From assembly GCA_028699255.1 (NCBI GenBank), contig JAQVUX010000003.1, positions 146,654-210,653 on the forward strand: a stretch of DNA of 64,000 nt, read 5' to 3'. Shown piece after piece: positions 1-9,444 of the stretch. The notes beneath the pieces were generated by a model, which did no database searches, was not told the origin of the DNA, and saw nothing but the letters and a program-made list of their open reading frames with translations. This DNA is from Candidatus Omnitrophota bacterium (GTDB lineage Bacteria; Omnitrophota; Gorgyraeia; 2-01-FULL-45-10). Both the position numbers and the translations under genes were made by a program. How positions within the stretch are numbered: the first letter of the stretch is position 1; each line of letters begins with the position of its first letter.

Positions 1-541
<541 letters not shown>

Positions 542-547
542 CTGTCT

Positions 548-616
548 AACCGCGCAGGTTGCTTATCGGTTTTTGCCGTAAAGCAACCTGCGCGGTTTGC
601 AGGTGGTTTTTTTTAC
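548..616 (+). terminator. Rho-independent terminator after gap
   Basis: Inverted repeat aaccgcgcaggttgctt...aagcaacctgcgcggtt at 548-597, followed by a T8 run at 607-615. Confidence 0.6.
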
Positions 617-645
617 TTGGCAAAATGATACTAATATGGTATCAT
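617..645 (+). promoter_or_regulatory. Putative sigma70 promoter (TTGGCA-17-TATCAT) overlapping the perfect palindrome ATGATAC-N7-GTATCAT; candidate Rrf2 autoregulatory operator
   Basis: Seen directly: ttggca at 617-622, tatcat at 640-645, palindrome at 625-645. Sits immediately upstream of the Rrf2 regulator gene. Confidence 0.4.
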
Positions 646-671
646 TTAGCAGGAAAAAGGAGAGTTATAAG

Positions 672-1079
672 ATGAAGCTTTTTACGCGTAATACGGACTA
701 CGGGATAAGGGCGTTATGTTTTATCGCGAAAAAGGATGGCGATATAGTTTCAGTATCGGAACTCGTGAGAGCATTGAAGATCCCGAAGCCGTTTTTAAGA
801 AAGATACTCCAGTCTCTGACCGGGAAGGGTTTTGTAAGATCGTATAAAGGAGTTGGCGGCGGTTTCGCTCTTAAGATGTCCGCGAATAAACTATATATAA
901 TGAAGGTTGCCAAAGCGTTCCAGGGGCCGTTGAGCCTGACCGAGTGTTTGTTAAAAAAAGAGCTTTGCCCCAATCGGAGAATTTGCCCTTTAAAAGAAAG
1001 GATCGACAAGATCGAGAAATACATGATGTCGGAGCTGGATTCCATAACAATAGCGGAATTGATAAAAAGCCAGAAATGA
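672..1079 (+). CDS. Rrf2-family transcriptional regulator (IscR/NsrR/RsrR-like)
   Basis: MKLFTRNTDYGIRALCFIAKK...SVSELVRALKIPKPFLRKILQSL is a typical Rrf2 wHTH, with later Cys residues. An RBS aggaaaaaggag precedes the ATG at 672. The tabulated ORF start at 597 is probably too far upstream. Confidence 0.75.
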   Translation: MKLFTRNTDYGIRALCFIAKKDGDIVSVSELVRALKIPKPFLRKILQSLTGKGFVRSYKGVGGGFALKMSANKLYIMKVAKAFQGPLSLTECLLKKELCPNRRICPLKERIDKIEKYMMSELDSITIAELIKSQK

Positions 1080-1112
1080 GTGGAAGTATAATTAACGGAT
1101 GGGGTATAATAC

Positions 1113-1763
1113 ATGAGTGATATGCATAAAAAATTACTGCATATAATAGCGTCTCCACGAGGCGAAGATTCCAGAACGCTTAAGGTAAGCGGCGTCTTCC
1201 TCGATATTTTTTCCAAAAAACATCCTGCCTGCGCGATAGAAAGTATCAATCTATTCGACGAACCTCTACAGCCATTGACCATAAAGATGGTTAAGGGTAA
1301 ATACATGCTCCTCGGAGGCAAGGACATTGCCGAAGAGTTTAAGGACGCGTGGAAAATTATCGAACGTTATATCAGCCAATTCCTTTCGGCGGATGTAATC
1401 CTTTTAAGCGCTCCCATGTGGAACTTCAGCATACCGTACCAGTTAAAACACTACATCGATATCATCCTCCAGCCGCGATACCTTTTTCGGTATACAGCCA
1501 ATGGCGTGGAGGGGCTTGCGAAAAATAAAAAGATGATAGTTATTACAAGCCGCGGAGGAGATTATTCTTCGACGGGGCCGATGGCGAAATCAGACCATCA
1601 GATGCCATACCTGAAGACGGTCTTCGGATTCTGCGGCATTACGGATATGACTTTTATAAATGCCCAGCCGATGGATATGGATCCTGCGGCGGCGGCGCGC
1701 GCTCTCGAGGCGGCGAAAAAAGAGGCTGTCCAGGCGGCCAATGCAATAGGCGAAACGGTATAA
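1113..1763 (+). CDS. FMN-dependent NADH-azoreductase / flavodoxin-like fold NAD(P)H quinone reductase (AzoR/AcpD family)
   Basis: Flavodoxin_2-type motifs: [10 protein letters not shown] near the N-terminus and [22 protein letters not shown]. Confidence 0.7.
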   Translation: MSDMHKKLLHIIASPRGEDSRTLKVSGVFLDIFSKKHPACAIESINLFDEPLQPLTIKMVKGKYMLLGGKDIAEEFKDAWKIIERYISQFLSADVILLSAPMWNFSIPYQLKHYIDIILQPRYLFRYTANGVEGLAKNKKMIVITSRGGDYSSTGPMAKSDHQMPYLKTVFGFCGITDMTFINAQPMDMDPAAAARALEAAKKEAVQAANAIGETV

Positions 1764-1777
1764 AAAAGGAGGCGGAT

Positions 1778-1936
1778 ATGGATAAATACAAGTGCCTTGT
1801 GTGCGGTTACATATACGATCCCGCTAAGGGCGATCCGGATAACGGTGTAGCGGCGGGGACGAGTTTCGAAAAATTACCGGACGGCTGGGTCTGTCCGGAG
1901 TGCGGCGCTCCCAAAAGTGAGTTTGAAAAAATATAA
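1778..1936 (+). CDS. Rubredoxin (52 aa), missing from the ORF track because it is under 60 aa
   Basis: [52 protein letters not shown] carries both rubredoxin CxxCG knuckles. An RBS aaggagg lies 7 nt upstream. Confidence 0.85.
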   Translation: MDKYKCLVCGYIYDPAKGDPDNGVAAGTSFEKLPDGWVCPECGAPKSEFEKI

Positions 1937-1949
1937 CAAGGAGAAAAAA

Positions 1950-2138
1950 GTGACTGCAAAGATCGATGCGGATGTGTGTATAGGTTGCGGGTTGTGCGTC
2001 AGCACATGCCCGGAGGTTTATAAGATGCAGGATGATAAAGCGGTTGTGTACGTCGGAATAGTTCCGGGTGGGGCGGAAGAGAATTGCCAGAAGGCGTGCG
2101 ATGAATGCCCTGTAACGGCTATAACGGTAACAAAATAA
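1950..2138 (+). CDS. Small 4Fe-4S ferredoxin
   Basis: CIGCGLCVSTCP plus a second Cys cluster CQKACDECP. A GTG start at 1950 follows the RBS aaggag. The tabulated ATG at 1917 would overlap the rubredoxin gene. Confidence 0.7.
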   Translation: MTAKIDADVCIGCGLCVSTCPEVYKMQDDKAVVYVGIVPGGAEENCQKACDECPVTAITVTK

Positions 2139-2142
2139 GAAG

Positions 2143-3783
2143 GTGCATCGGGTGGAAGACTTCTCGATCCTTATCGGCGGCAAGGCCGGCTTCGGAATAG
2201 ATAAAGCCGGACTTATAATAGCGAATATATTGAACCGGCTCGGTTACCGGTTGTATATATACCGCGATTATCCTTCATTGATACGCGGCGGACACACTTT
2301 TTCCATAATAAGAGCCGCGCGCCGCAAAATATATTCGCATAAAGATAAGGTGGAGATACTCCTCGCTTTCAACCAGGAGACATTCGATCTGCACAAGAAC
2401 AGATTGACCGACAATGCCATGGTGATTTATGACGCCGGTGTAGTGAAAGTTGACGGTCTGGGTGGGGCGAACAAGATCGTGATGGTTCCCGCGGCGAATA
2501 TATTAAAGGAAGAGCTTGCCCCGGAGATAACGCGTAATTCATGCAGTATAGGGGCGTTGTGCAAGGCGGTGGATATGCCGTGGGATCTGCTCGATAAGGA
2601 ATTCAGGAATAGTTTCTCCTCGGAGGCGGATATTAACTTAAAGGTTGCCCGCCGGGGATACGACGCTGTCGAGAAGGTATACAGGATAGAGCCGACGGGG
2701 CAGGAGCCCCTTCCCGTATTCACCGGCAACGAAGCTATAGGGCTCGGCCTGGTCATGGGCGGACTCGACACCTACATCTCTTATCCGATGACGCCTACTT
2801 CGCCGATACTCCATTTCCTGGCGAGCCGCTCCGGAGAGTTTTCGCTTAAAGTGATCCATCCGGAGAGCGAGATCGCCGTGATATTGATGGCGCTCGGCGC
2901 CGCGTACTGCGGCGAGAAGACGGCGGTCGGGACCTCCGGCGGCGGATTTTGCCTGATGACGGAGGGAGTAAGCTTTTCGGCGATGGCGGAACTGCCGGTG
3001 GTGATAGTTCTGGGCCAGCGGCCCGGCCCATCGACGGGCCTGCCCACATACAGTTCGCAGACGGAACTGCATTTCGCGCTTAACGCGGGACAGGGAGAGT
3101 TCGCGCGCCTTGTTCTCGCGCCCGGTGACGCGGAGGAAGCGTATTATCTGGCGCAGGTCGCCTTGAAACTTGCGCGGAAGTATCGCATGCCGGCCATAAT
3201 ATTAAGCGATAAGAATATGGGGGAAGGGGTATATAGTTTTGACGCTGACTTATCGCCCGAGGTAAGGATAGATGACGATGTATCCTGGGACGGGAAAAAG
3301 CTCATGTTCGTCCCGGGAAAAGATAACGTTATAAAAGTGAATAGTTACGAACACGATGAGGCGGGGCTAACTATAGAAGACCCGGCCCTGACAGCTAAGA
3401 TGCAGGAACGGCGTTTGCAAAAAGGCAATCGCCTGGCGGAAGAGCTTGAGCAGTGCGAAATGGTAAAGACTTACGGTAACAAAGATTCGGATATCGCCGT
3501 CATATGCTGGGGCTCGAATAAAGGTGTGTGCGTAGAGGCCGCCGGGCGCATGGGGTTAAAAGTCATCCAGCCGCTCTATATGTCACCGTTCCCGGCCATG
3601 CAGATGGAGCGGGCGATGAAAGGCGTCAGGAAGCTTTTGGCCGTCGAGTCGAATGCGACCGCCCAGCTTGTAAAGCTGATGAATCTTCACGCTCTCGGCG
3701 TGGATAAAGAGATATTAAAATACGACGGAAGGCCTTTTAGCGTGGACGAGCTGGAAAGAAAACTTCGGGAGGCGATAGCGTGA
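2143..3783 (+). CDS. 2-oxoacid:ferredoxin oxidoreductase, fused gamma-alpha subunit (KorA/PorGA-like)
   Basis: The N-terminal gamma-type domain (GGKAGFGIDKAGLIIANIL...GGHTF) is followed by an alpha-subunit core of about 400 aa. It overlaps the beta-subunit gene by GTGA. Confidence 0.75.
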   Translation: MHRVEDFSILIGGKAGFGIDKAGLIIANILNRLGYRLYIYRDYPSLIRGGHTFSIIRAARRKIYSHKDKVEILLAFNQETFDLHKNRLTDNAMVIYDAGVVKVDGLGGANKIVMVPAANILKEELAPEITRNSCSIGALCKAVDMPWDLLDKEFRNSFSSEADINLKVARRGYDAVEKVYRIEPTGQEPLPVFTGNEAIGLGLVMGGLDTYISYPMTPTSPILHFLASRSGEFSLKVIHPESEIAVILMALGAAYCGEKTAVGTSGGGFCLMTEGVSFSAMAELPVVIVLGQRPGPSTGLPTYSSQTELHFALNAGQGEFARLVLAPGDAEEAYYLAQVALKLARKYRMPAIILSDKNMGEGVYSFDADLSPEVRIDDDVSWDGKKLMFVPGKDNVIKVNSYEHDEAGLTIEDPALTAKMQERRLQKGNRLAEELEQCEMVKTYGNKDSDIAVICWGSNKGVCVEAAGRMGLKVIQPLYMSPFPAMQMERAMKGVRKLLAVESNATAQLVKLMNLHALGVDKEILKYDGRPFSVDELERKLREAIA

Positions 3784-4625
3784 AAGGCCTTGATACGAAA
3801 GCCGTTAATACATGGTGCCTGGGATGCGGTAACTTCTCCATATTGAACGCGATGAAGTCCGTGCTCGCGTCTTTTGTCGACGAAGGACTGCCAGTAGAGA
3901 ATGTCGTGCTCGTCTCCGGCATCGGCTGTCATGCCAAGATAGTCGATTATGTCAACGTAAACAGTTTCTATTCACTGCATGGCCGCGTCATTCCGCCGGC
4001 CACAGGGATAAAGATAGCGAATCCCGCCCTCAAGGTCATAGGCCACTCCGGCGACGGAGACGCTTACGGTGAAGGGCTGGAGCACCTGATATTTGCCGCG
4101 AAGCGTAATGTGGACATGACGGTCATAATACACAATAACAGGGTGTACGGCCTGACCACAGGGCAATATACCCCGACTTCTCCATACGGATATAAGGGGC
4201 GTTCCACTCCATCGGGGGCTAAGGAGATGCCGATAAATCCGATGGATCTTCTTTTAGCGTCCGGGGCGACATTTTTGGCGCGAGGTACGTCGCACGGGAT
4301 CGAGCTTTTAAAGAAAATATTCAGAGAAGCGATATTGCACAAAGGTTTTTCGCTCGTTGATGTTCTGCAGGTTTGCGTTACATATTGCAACCTGTACGAA
4401 TATTACGATAAACGTGTTTATGAATTAAGCGGGCACAATCCGTATGATTACGCCTCGGCGGAGGCTAAGATACGGGAGTGGGATTATAATAAGGACGGCA
4501 AGATAGCGTTGGGCGTATTTTATAAAAAAGAAGCGCCGGTTTTTGAAGATAGTTTTAACGTTAAGAAAATGCCAATAGACGAAAGACGCCGCAAAGTAGA
4601 GGCGACGGTGAAAGGCAGACCATGA
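3780..4625 (+). CDS. 2-oxoacid:ferredoxin oxidoreductase beta subunit (TPP-binding)
   Basis: N-terminal TWCLGCGN motif and the TPP-binding GIGCH...GDGD pattern typical of KorB/PorB. GTG start. Confidence 0.8.
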   Translation: MKGLDTKAVNTWCLGCGNFSILNAMKSVLASFVDEGLPVENVVLVSGIGCHAKIVDYVNVNSFYSLHGRVIPPATGIKIANPALKVIGHSGDGDAYGEGLEHLIFAAKRNVDMTVIIHNNRVYGLTTGQYTPTSPYGYKGRSTPSGAKEMPINPMDLLLASGATFLARGTSHGIELLKKIFREAILHKGFSLVDVLQVCVTYCNLYEYYDKRVYELSGHNPYDYASAEAKIREWDYNKDGKIALGVFYKKEAPVFEDSFNVKKMPIDERRRKVEATVKGRP

Positions 4626-5149
4626 CGGATCCGAACGTTCTGCACAACTTAAGCTACGGAATGTATATCGTCTCATCTTATAATAGCGATAAGCTAAACG
4701 GCCAGATCGCGAATACGGTCTTCCAGATAACGAGCGAACCGGTTACGATAGCGGTAAGTATAAATAAGAAGAACCTGACGCATGAGCTTATAGAGACCAG
4801 CGGTGTTTTTACAGTATCTGTACTCGGCGAGGACGCGCCGCTCGAGTTTATAGGCAGATTCGGGTTCAGGACGGGACGGAAAGAGGATAAGTTCAGCGGC
4901 ATAAGTTTTAAAACACTCGAATCGGGTTGCCCCGTCGTGTTGGAGCATTCCATATGCTATGTCGCCGCAGAGGTTACCGGCAGGCTTGATTGTCTTACCC
5001 ACACGTTGTTTTTGGGAAAAATGACGGCGTCTGAAATGTTAAAACAGGCCAACCCGATGACATATGCTTATTATCATATGGTCAAACACGGCTCGACGCC
5101 CAGATCCGCGCCGACGTTTATTAAGGGCGAGACGATCGATAAAAAGTAA
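4622..5149 (+). CDS. Flavin reductase-like domain protein (FMN-binding split barrel)
   Basis: The layout YGMYIVSS...NTVFQITSEP..IAVSINKKN..T...IE.SGVFTVSVL matches the Flavin_Reduct family. It is often partnered with flavodiiron proteins or rubredoxin. Confidence 0.65.
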   Translation: MTDPNVLHNLSYGMYIVSSYNSDKLNGQIANTVFQITSEPVTIAVSINKKNLTHELIETSGVFTVSVLGEDAPLEFIGRFGFRTGRKEDKFSGISFKTLESGCPVVLEHSICYVAAEVTGRLDCLTHTLFLGKMTASEMLKQANPMTYAYYHMVKHGSTPRSAPTFIKGETIDKK

Positions 5150-5161
5150 CAGGAGGAAAAC

Positions 5162-6349
5162 GTGAAACCGCTTGAGATAAAGAAAGGCATATATTCCGTC
5201 GGAGTAGTTGACTGGAACATCAGAAATTTCCACGGGCACACGTACACGACGAAAAGAGGCACGACCTATAACGCCTACCTGATCGTTGATGAGAAGATTG
5301 CCCTGGTGGATACGGTACTCGGTTCATTCGCCGGGGAATTGATCGAGAATATAAAAGCTATAATTCCTCCGGAGAAGATAGATTACGTTATCGCGAACCA
5401 TGTCGAGAGGGACCATTCGAGCGCCATGCCGGCGCTTATGAAATTATGCCCGAAGGCGAAAGTTTACGGTACACAGAAATGCAAAGAAGGGTTGTACAAA
5501 AATTATTATGAGAATTGGGATTTTCAGGCGGTCAAAACCGGCGACAAATTAAAACTGGGCAAAAGGACGCTCACTTTTATCGAAGCGCCGATGATACATT
5601 GGCCGGACAGCATGTTTACATATTGCGCCGAGGAAGAACTTCTTATGTCGAATGACGCGTTCGGACAGCACCTGGCGTCCGGCGGGCGATTTGACGATGA
5701 GGTCGATGAGTGCGCGTTGATGGATGAGGCGGCAAAGTATTACGGGAATATCCTCTGGCCGTTGAGCTCGCTAATTTTAAGAAAAATAGAGGATATTGTG
5801 AAGATGGGTGTCCCGATAAAGATGATAGCTCCAAGCCACGGTGTTATATGGCGCCGCAGTCCGGGAAAGATAATCGATTCGTATGTCCGCTGGGCGAAGA
5901 ATACGACTAAGCCAAAAGTGGTTATCGTCTACGAGACGATGTGGGGCGCTACCGAAAAGATGGCGCGGAAGATAGCGGAGGCGCTCATAGATTCCGGCGT
6001 TGAGATTAAGCTTTTCGACATAGCGGTCTCCGACGGTACGGAAGTCATAAAGGAGATGCTTGATGCCAGAGGTTTCATCATAGGCTCGTCCACGCACGAT
6101 AACGATATGCTCACGACGATCGCGGGATTTCTCGAATTCCTGAAGGGATTGAAGCCTAAAGGCAGGATCGCGGCCGCATTCGGTTCGTACGGCTGGTCCG
6201 GAGGAGCCGTAGCTTCTATCGAAAATCTGTTAAAAGAGGGAGGAATGGAAATAGCGCAACCCGGCGTATCGGCGAAATTCATGCCGGATGAAAATGAGAT
6301 AAAAACCGCATACCAATTTGGCAAAGATTTCGCGGGCAGGATAAAGTGA
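5162..6349 (+). CDS. Flavodiiron protein (rubredoxin:oxygen oxidoreductase / NO reductase, FprA/ROO)
   Basis: N-terminal metallo-beta-lactamase-like di-iron domain (H.ERDH, YNAYLI) plus a C-terminal flavodoxin domain (VVIVYETMWGATEKMA). GTG start after RBS aggagg. Confidence 0.85.
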   Translation: MKPLEIKKGIYSVGVVDWNIRNFHGHTYTTKRGTTYNAYLIVDEKIALVDTVLGSFAGELIENIKAIIPPEKIDYVIANHVERDHSSAMPALMKLCPKAKVYGTQKCKEGLYKNYYENWDFQAVKTGDKLKLGKRTLTFIEAPMIHWPDSMFTYCAEEELLMSNDAFGQHLASGGRFDDEVDECALMDEAAKYYGNILWPLSSLILRKIEDIVKMGVPIKMIAPSHGVIWRRSPGKIIDSYVRWAKNTTKPKVVIVYETMWGATEKMARKIAEALIDSGVEIKLFDIAVSDGTEVIKEMLDARGFIIGSSTHDNDMLTTIAGFLEFLKGLKPKGRIAAAFGSYGWSGGAVASIENLLKEGGMEIAQPGVSAKFMPDENEIKTAYQFGKDFAGRIK

Positions 6350-6386
6350 CGTGGTATAATAACACAAAAGAAGGAGCTGTGACAAT

Positions 6387-6782
6387 ATGGCTCAGTTAAA
6401 CGAAATATTCCAGTCGGCTGATTGGAAAAAAGAGAAACACATCCCGGTTATCGACGCGCCCGCCGATGTAAAAAAGGGCGAGTTTTTTCGCATATCGGTA
6501 TGTGTGGGCAAGGAGATAGCGCATCCTAACACGACCGCTCACCACATAATGTGGATAGCGGTATTCTTTTTGCCGGACGGTGAAAAGTTCCCGTACCAGA
6601 TAGGCAGGGCTGAGTTTGACGCGCATGGCGCGTCTACACTCGGCGCGGATACGAGCACTGTATTTACCCATTCCGAGGCTGTATTGTCCATGAAGACGGA
6701 CAAGCCCGGAACCATTATGGCTACCTCGTATTGCAATATACACGGCCTATGGCAGGATTCGAAGAAAATAGGGGTGAAGTAA
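6387..6782 (+). CDS. Superoxide reductase (desulfoferrodoxin/neelaredoxin family, 1Fe class)
   Basis: EKHIPVI motif and the His/Cys ligand pattern HPNTTAHHIMWI...C.IHG characteristic of SOR. Confidence 0.8.
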   Translation: MAQLNEIFQSADWKKEKHIPVIDAPADVKKGEFFRISVCVGKEIAHPNTTAHHIMWIAVFFLPDGEKFPYQIGRAEFDAHGASTLGADTSTVFTHSEAVLSMKTDKPGTIMATSYCNIHGLWQDSKKIGVK

Positions 6783-6784
6783 TT

Positions 6785-7432
6785 TTGCAAATTAAAGTAA
6801 ACACCATCTTCTTTGACATCGACGGCACTCTCATTGACGCAAGGCAGGATATCGTTAACGCGATGAACCACGCCCTCCGGCAAATGGGCTTTCCCGAGAA
6901 ATCCTTCGGCAGTATAGTCTCTTATGTCGGCACCGGGGTAAAAGACCTGGTTGCCAGGAGCCTCGATTCGGACGATGCCGGACTAATCGATAAGGCGGCC
7001 GGGATGTACAGCGATTATTATATGGCGCATCCCGCGGATAAGGCGTATCTCTACCCACACGCCAAAGAGATACTTGAATATTTCAAAAATAAACGAAAGA
7101 TCATTCTTACCAATAGATACGCGAGATTTGCCGACGCCGTGCTTAAGGCGCTCGGCATACGTGATTACTTCGAGGATATTATCGGCGGCGATGATGAGAA
7201 TTGCATTAAACCATCCGCATGCGTACTGGATCCGTATGTCGCGCGGTTGGGCATAGCCAAGCCAGAGGCGCTCATAGTAGGCGACATGGCTATCGATGTC
7301 GAAACCGGCAAGAACTCGGGGATCAAGACCTGCTGGATACGCCACGGACTGGGTAAGGCCGCGGACGTCGAACCGCTTAAGCCGGATTTCACGATAGACG
7401 ATCTCGCGGAGTTGAAAAACATAATAATATAG
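6785..7432 (+). CDS. HAD-superfamily hydrolase (phosphoglycolate phosphatase-like)
   Basis: FFDIDGTLID motif I and a downstream GDM.IDVETGKN motif. The start is uncertain: either TTG at 6785 just after the SOR stop, or the tabulated ATG at 6731, which would overlap SOR by 52 nt. Confidence 0.65.
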   Translation: MQIKVNTIFFDIDGTLIDARQDIVNAMNHALRQMGFPEKSFGSIVSYVGTGVKDLVARSLDSDDAGLIDKAAGMYSDYYMAHPADKAYLYPHAKEILEYFKNKRKIILTNRYARFADAVLKALGIRDYFEDIIGGDDENCIKPSACVLDPYVARLGIAKPEALIVGDMAIDVETGKNSGIKTCWIRHGLGKAADVEPLKPDFTIDDLAELKNIII

Positions 7433-7444
7433 GAGGTAACCGGT

Positions 7445-7681
7445 ATGAAAAAAGTAACTGTTTACAGCACGCCTACCTGCCCGTTCTGCATACGGGCAAA
7501 ACAGTACCTTAAAGATAATAATATTCCATTCGACGACATAGATGTCTCCGAGGATGAGAAGAAAGCCCAGGAGATGATAAAGCGCTCGGGCCAGATGGGC
7601 GTTCCGGTTATCGAGATAGACGGCGCGATAATCGTAGGATTTGATAAAGATAAGATAAAGGATGCTTTGGATATAAAATGA
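7445..7681 (+). CDS. Glutaredoxin-family thiol-disulfide protein (NrdH/Grx-like)
   Basis: 78 aa with a TPTCPFC active site and a GVPVIEIDG.II motif. Confidence 0.8.
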   Translation: MKKVTVYSTPTCPFCIRAKQYLKDNNIPFDDIDVSEDEKKAQEMIKRSGQMGVPVIEIDGAIIVGFDKDKIKDALDIK

Positions 7682-8583
7682 TCTACGATCTGATCATTAT
7701 AGGCGCGGGCCCTGCCGGTATTACCGCGGCGGTATACGCCGCCCGTAAGCGGATGAGTTTTATCGTCATCACCGGCGATGTCGGCGGCCAGGCGGCCTGG
7801 TCGGGCGATATCGAAAATTATACGGGTTACCAGTTCATTACAGGCCCGGACCTTGTCGGCAAGTTCGAAGAGCATATGCGTAAATACGGCATTACCGTCA
7901 GGGAAAACGAGCCTGCAGTTGATATTGTCAGGGCGGGAGGCGTGATACGCGTGAAGACCGCGAAGGCCCAGTACGAGGCGAAGGCGGTTATAATAGCGTC
8001 GGGCAAAGTTTCCAAAGAGCTCGGTGTCCCGGGTGAGAAGGAATTCAAGAACAGGGGGCTTACCTACTGCGCCACCTGCGACGGCCCGCTATTCGCCGGC
8101 AAGGATGTGGCGGTCATAGGCGGCGGCAACTCCGCGCTGGATGCCGCGCTTCAGCTGATGAAGATAGCCGCCCGGGTCTATGTCGTGAACGCTACCTCCG
8201 CGCTGGGCGGTGACGCGGTGATGCGCGAAAAAGTGGAAGCGAGCGATAAGGTTACGGTGCGAAACGACGCGCAGGTGACGGCCGTATCGGGCGATAAGTT
8301 CGTAACCGGCATAAAGATAAAGCGCGGCGGCAAGATCGAGGATATCCCGGTGGGCGGGGTATTCGTGGAGATAGGGCTTCTGCCCAATTCCGAGTTCGCC
8401 CGCACGATAGAGAAGAACGCGCGCGGCGAGATAAAGATTAATTGCAGAAATGAGACCAATATTCCCGGGGTGTTCGCGGCAGGGGATGTTACCGATGTTC
8501 CCGAAAAACAGATAGTCATAGCGGCAGGAGAAGGGTCTAAGGCCGCCCTCGCCGCTTTCAAATATATAAACCAGAGCAAATAA
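7678..8583 (+). CDS. trxB: Thioredoxin-disulfide reductase (low-Mr TrxR type)
   Basis: FAD site IIGAGPAG, redox-active CATCDG, a second GGGNSA dinucleotide site and GVFAAGDV. Confidence 0.8.
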   Translation: MIYDLIIIGAGPAGITAAVYAARKRMSFIVITGDVGGQAAWSGDIENYTGYQFITGPDLVGKFEEHMRKYGITVRENEPAVDIVRAGGVIRVKTAKAQYEAKAVIIASGKVSKELGVPGEKEFKNRGLTYCATCDGPLFAGKDVAVIGGGNSALDAALQLMKIAARVYVVNATSALGGDAVMREKVEASDKVTVRNDAQVTAVSGDKFVTGIKIKRGGKIEDIPVGGVFVEIGLLPNSEFARTIEKNARGEIKINCRNETNIPGVFAAGDVTDVPEKQIVIAAGEGSKAALAAFKYINQSK

Positions 8584-8588
8584 CATCT

Positions 8589-9236
8589 ATGGATAACTCC
8601 ATCCGCGCCCTCAAAGAAGCGCATAAAAGTCTCCGTCCACAAATAAAGAAGCGTCTCGCCGAATTCCGGCATATCCATAAAGCAAGCGACGAAGAGATAT
8701 TCCCCGAACTCTGCTACTGCATCCTTACCGCCAATGCCAACGCCGTTAAATGCGACCTGGCTATAAGTGAACTTAAGAAACGCGGTCTTTTGCTTAAAGG
8801 CACGGCCGCCCGTATACGCCCGCACATAAAGGGGCGGGCGAGGTTTCATAATAAGAAAGCCGAGTACATAATAGGCGCCAGGAAGATTTTTTCCGGCGGC
8901 GGCGCTATCGATATTAAACGGCACATAAAACCTAAAGATGTTTTTAAAGTACGTGAATGGCTGGTCGAGAATATAAAGGGCTTCGGATATAAGGAGGCGA
9001 GCCATTTTTTGCGCAATATCGGCTTAGGGCGGGACATAGCCATATTGGACAGGCATATTTTAGCCAATCTTAAAAAATACGGGGTGATCGCCCGCGTGCC
9101 GGATTCCGTCGGCGCAAGGAGTGTCTATCTTGAGATAGAAGACAAGATGAGGGCCTTCTCAAAGAAGGTCGGGATACCCCTTGAGCACATGGATTTACTC
9201 TTCTGGGCCATGCAGACAGGATTTGTATTTAAATAA
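8589..9236 (+). CDS. ogg: N-glycosylase/DNA lyase, 8-oxoguanine DNA glycosylase (archaeal-type Ogg/HhH-GPD)
   Basis: ELCYCILTANANAV...G.GYKEASHFLRNIG..DIAILDRH matches the Ogg2-type HhH-GPD pattern. Confidence 0.65.
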   Translation: MDNSIRALKEAHKSLRPQIKKRLAEFRHIHKASDEEIFPELCYCILTANANAVKCDLAISELKKRGLLLKGTAARIRPHIKGRARFHNKKAEYIIGARKIFSGGGAIDIKRHIKPKDVFKVREWLVENIKGFGYKEASHFLRNIGLGRDIAILDRHILANLKKYGVIARVPDSVGARSVYLEIEDKMRAFSKKVGIPLEHMDLLFWAMQTGFVFK

Positions 9237-9388
9237 AAATGATTCGTTGTATTCCGTCAAAAATCACTTGCCAACCCAACGGGACAGGCCTAAGATACTA
9301 TCAAGGGACAGGTCTGGGATGGCGACAAGAACCGTCCCCAAATTTTATTTAAGACTTAACACTCCACTGAATGTCCACTGAAATGGCC

Positions 9389-9417
9389 TTGACAAAACCT
9401 GCCGACGCTACTATAAT
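9389..9417 (+). promoter_or_regulatory. Perfect consensus sigma70 promoter TTGACA-17-TATAAT upstream of pgk
   Basis: Seen directly: ttgaca at 9389-9394, a 17 nt spacer, tataat at 9412-9417, about 27 nt before the pgk RBS. Confidence 0.6.
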
Positions 9418-9444
9418 CTTATCCCTTAACATTAGGAGTTAAAA

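Noticed and set aside
597-671. Upstream extension of the Rrf2 ORF (MQVVFFTWQNDTNMVSFSRKKESYK)
   Set aside because: It would run through the terminator T-run and the promoter/operator. A good RBS precedes the internal ATG at 672, and the Rrf2 HTH begins there.
8178-9005. 275 aa minus-strand ORF
   Set aside because: It lies entirely antisense to the well-supported trxB and ogg genes and has no recognisable motifs. It is a typical shadow ORF.
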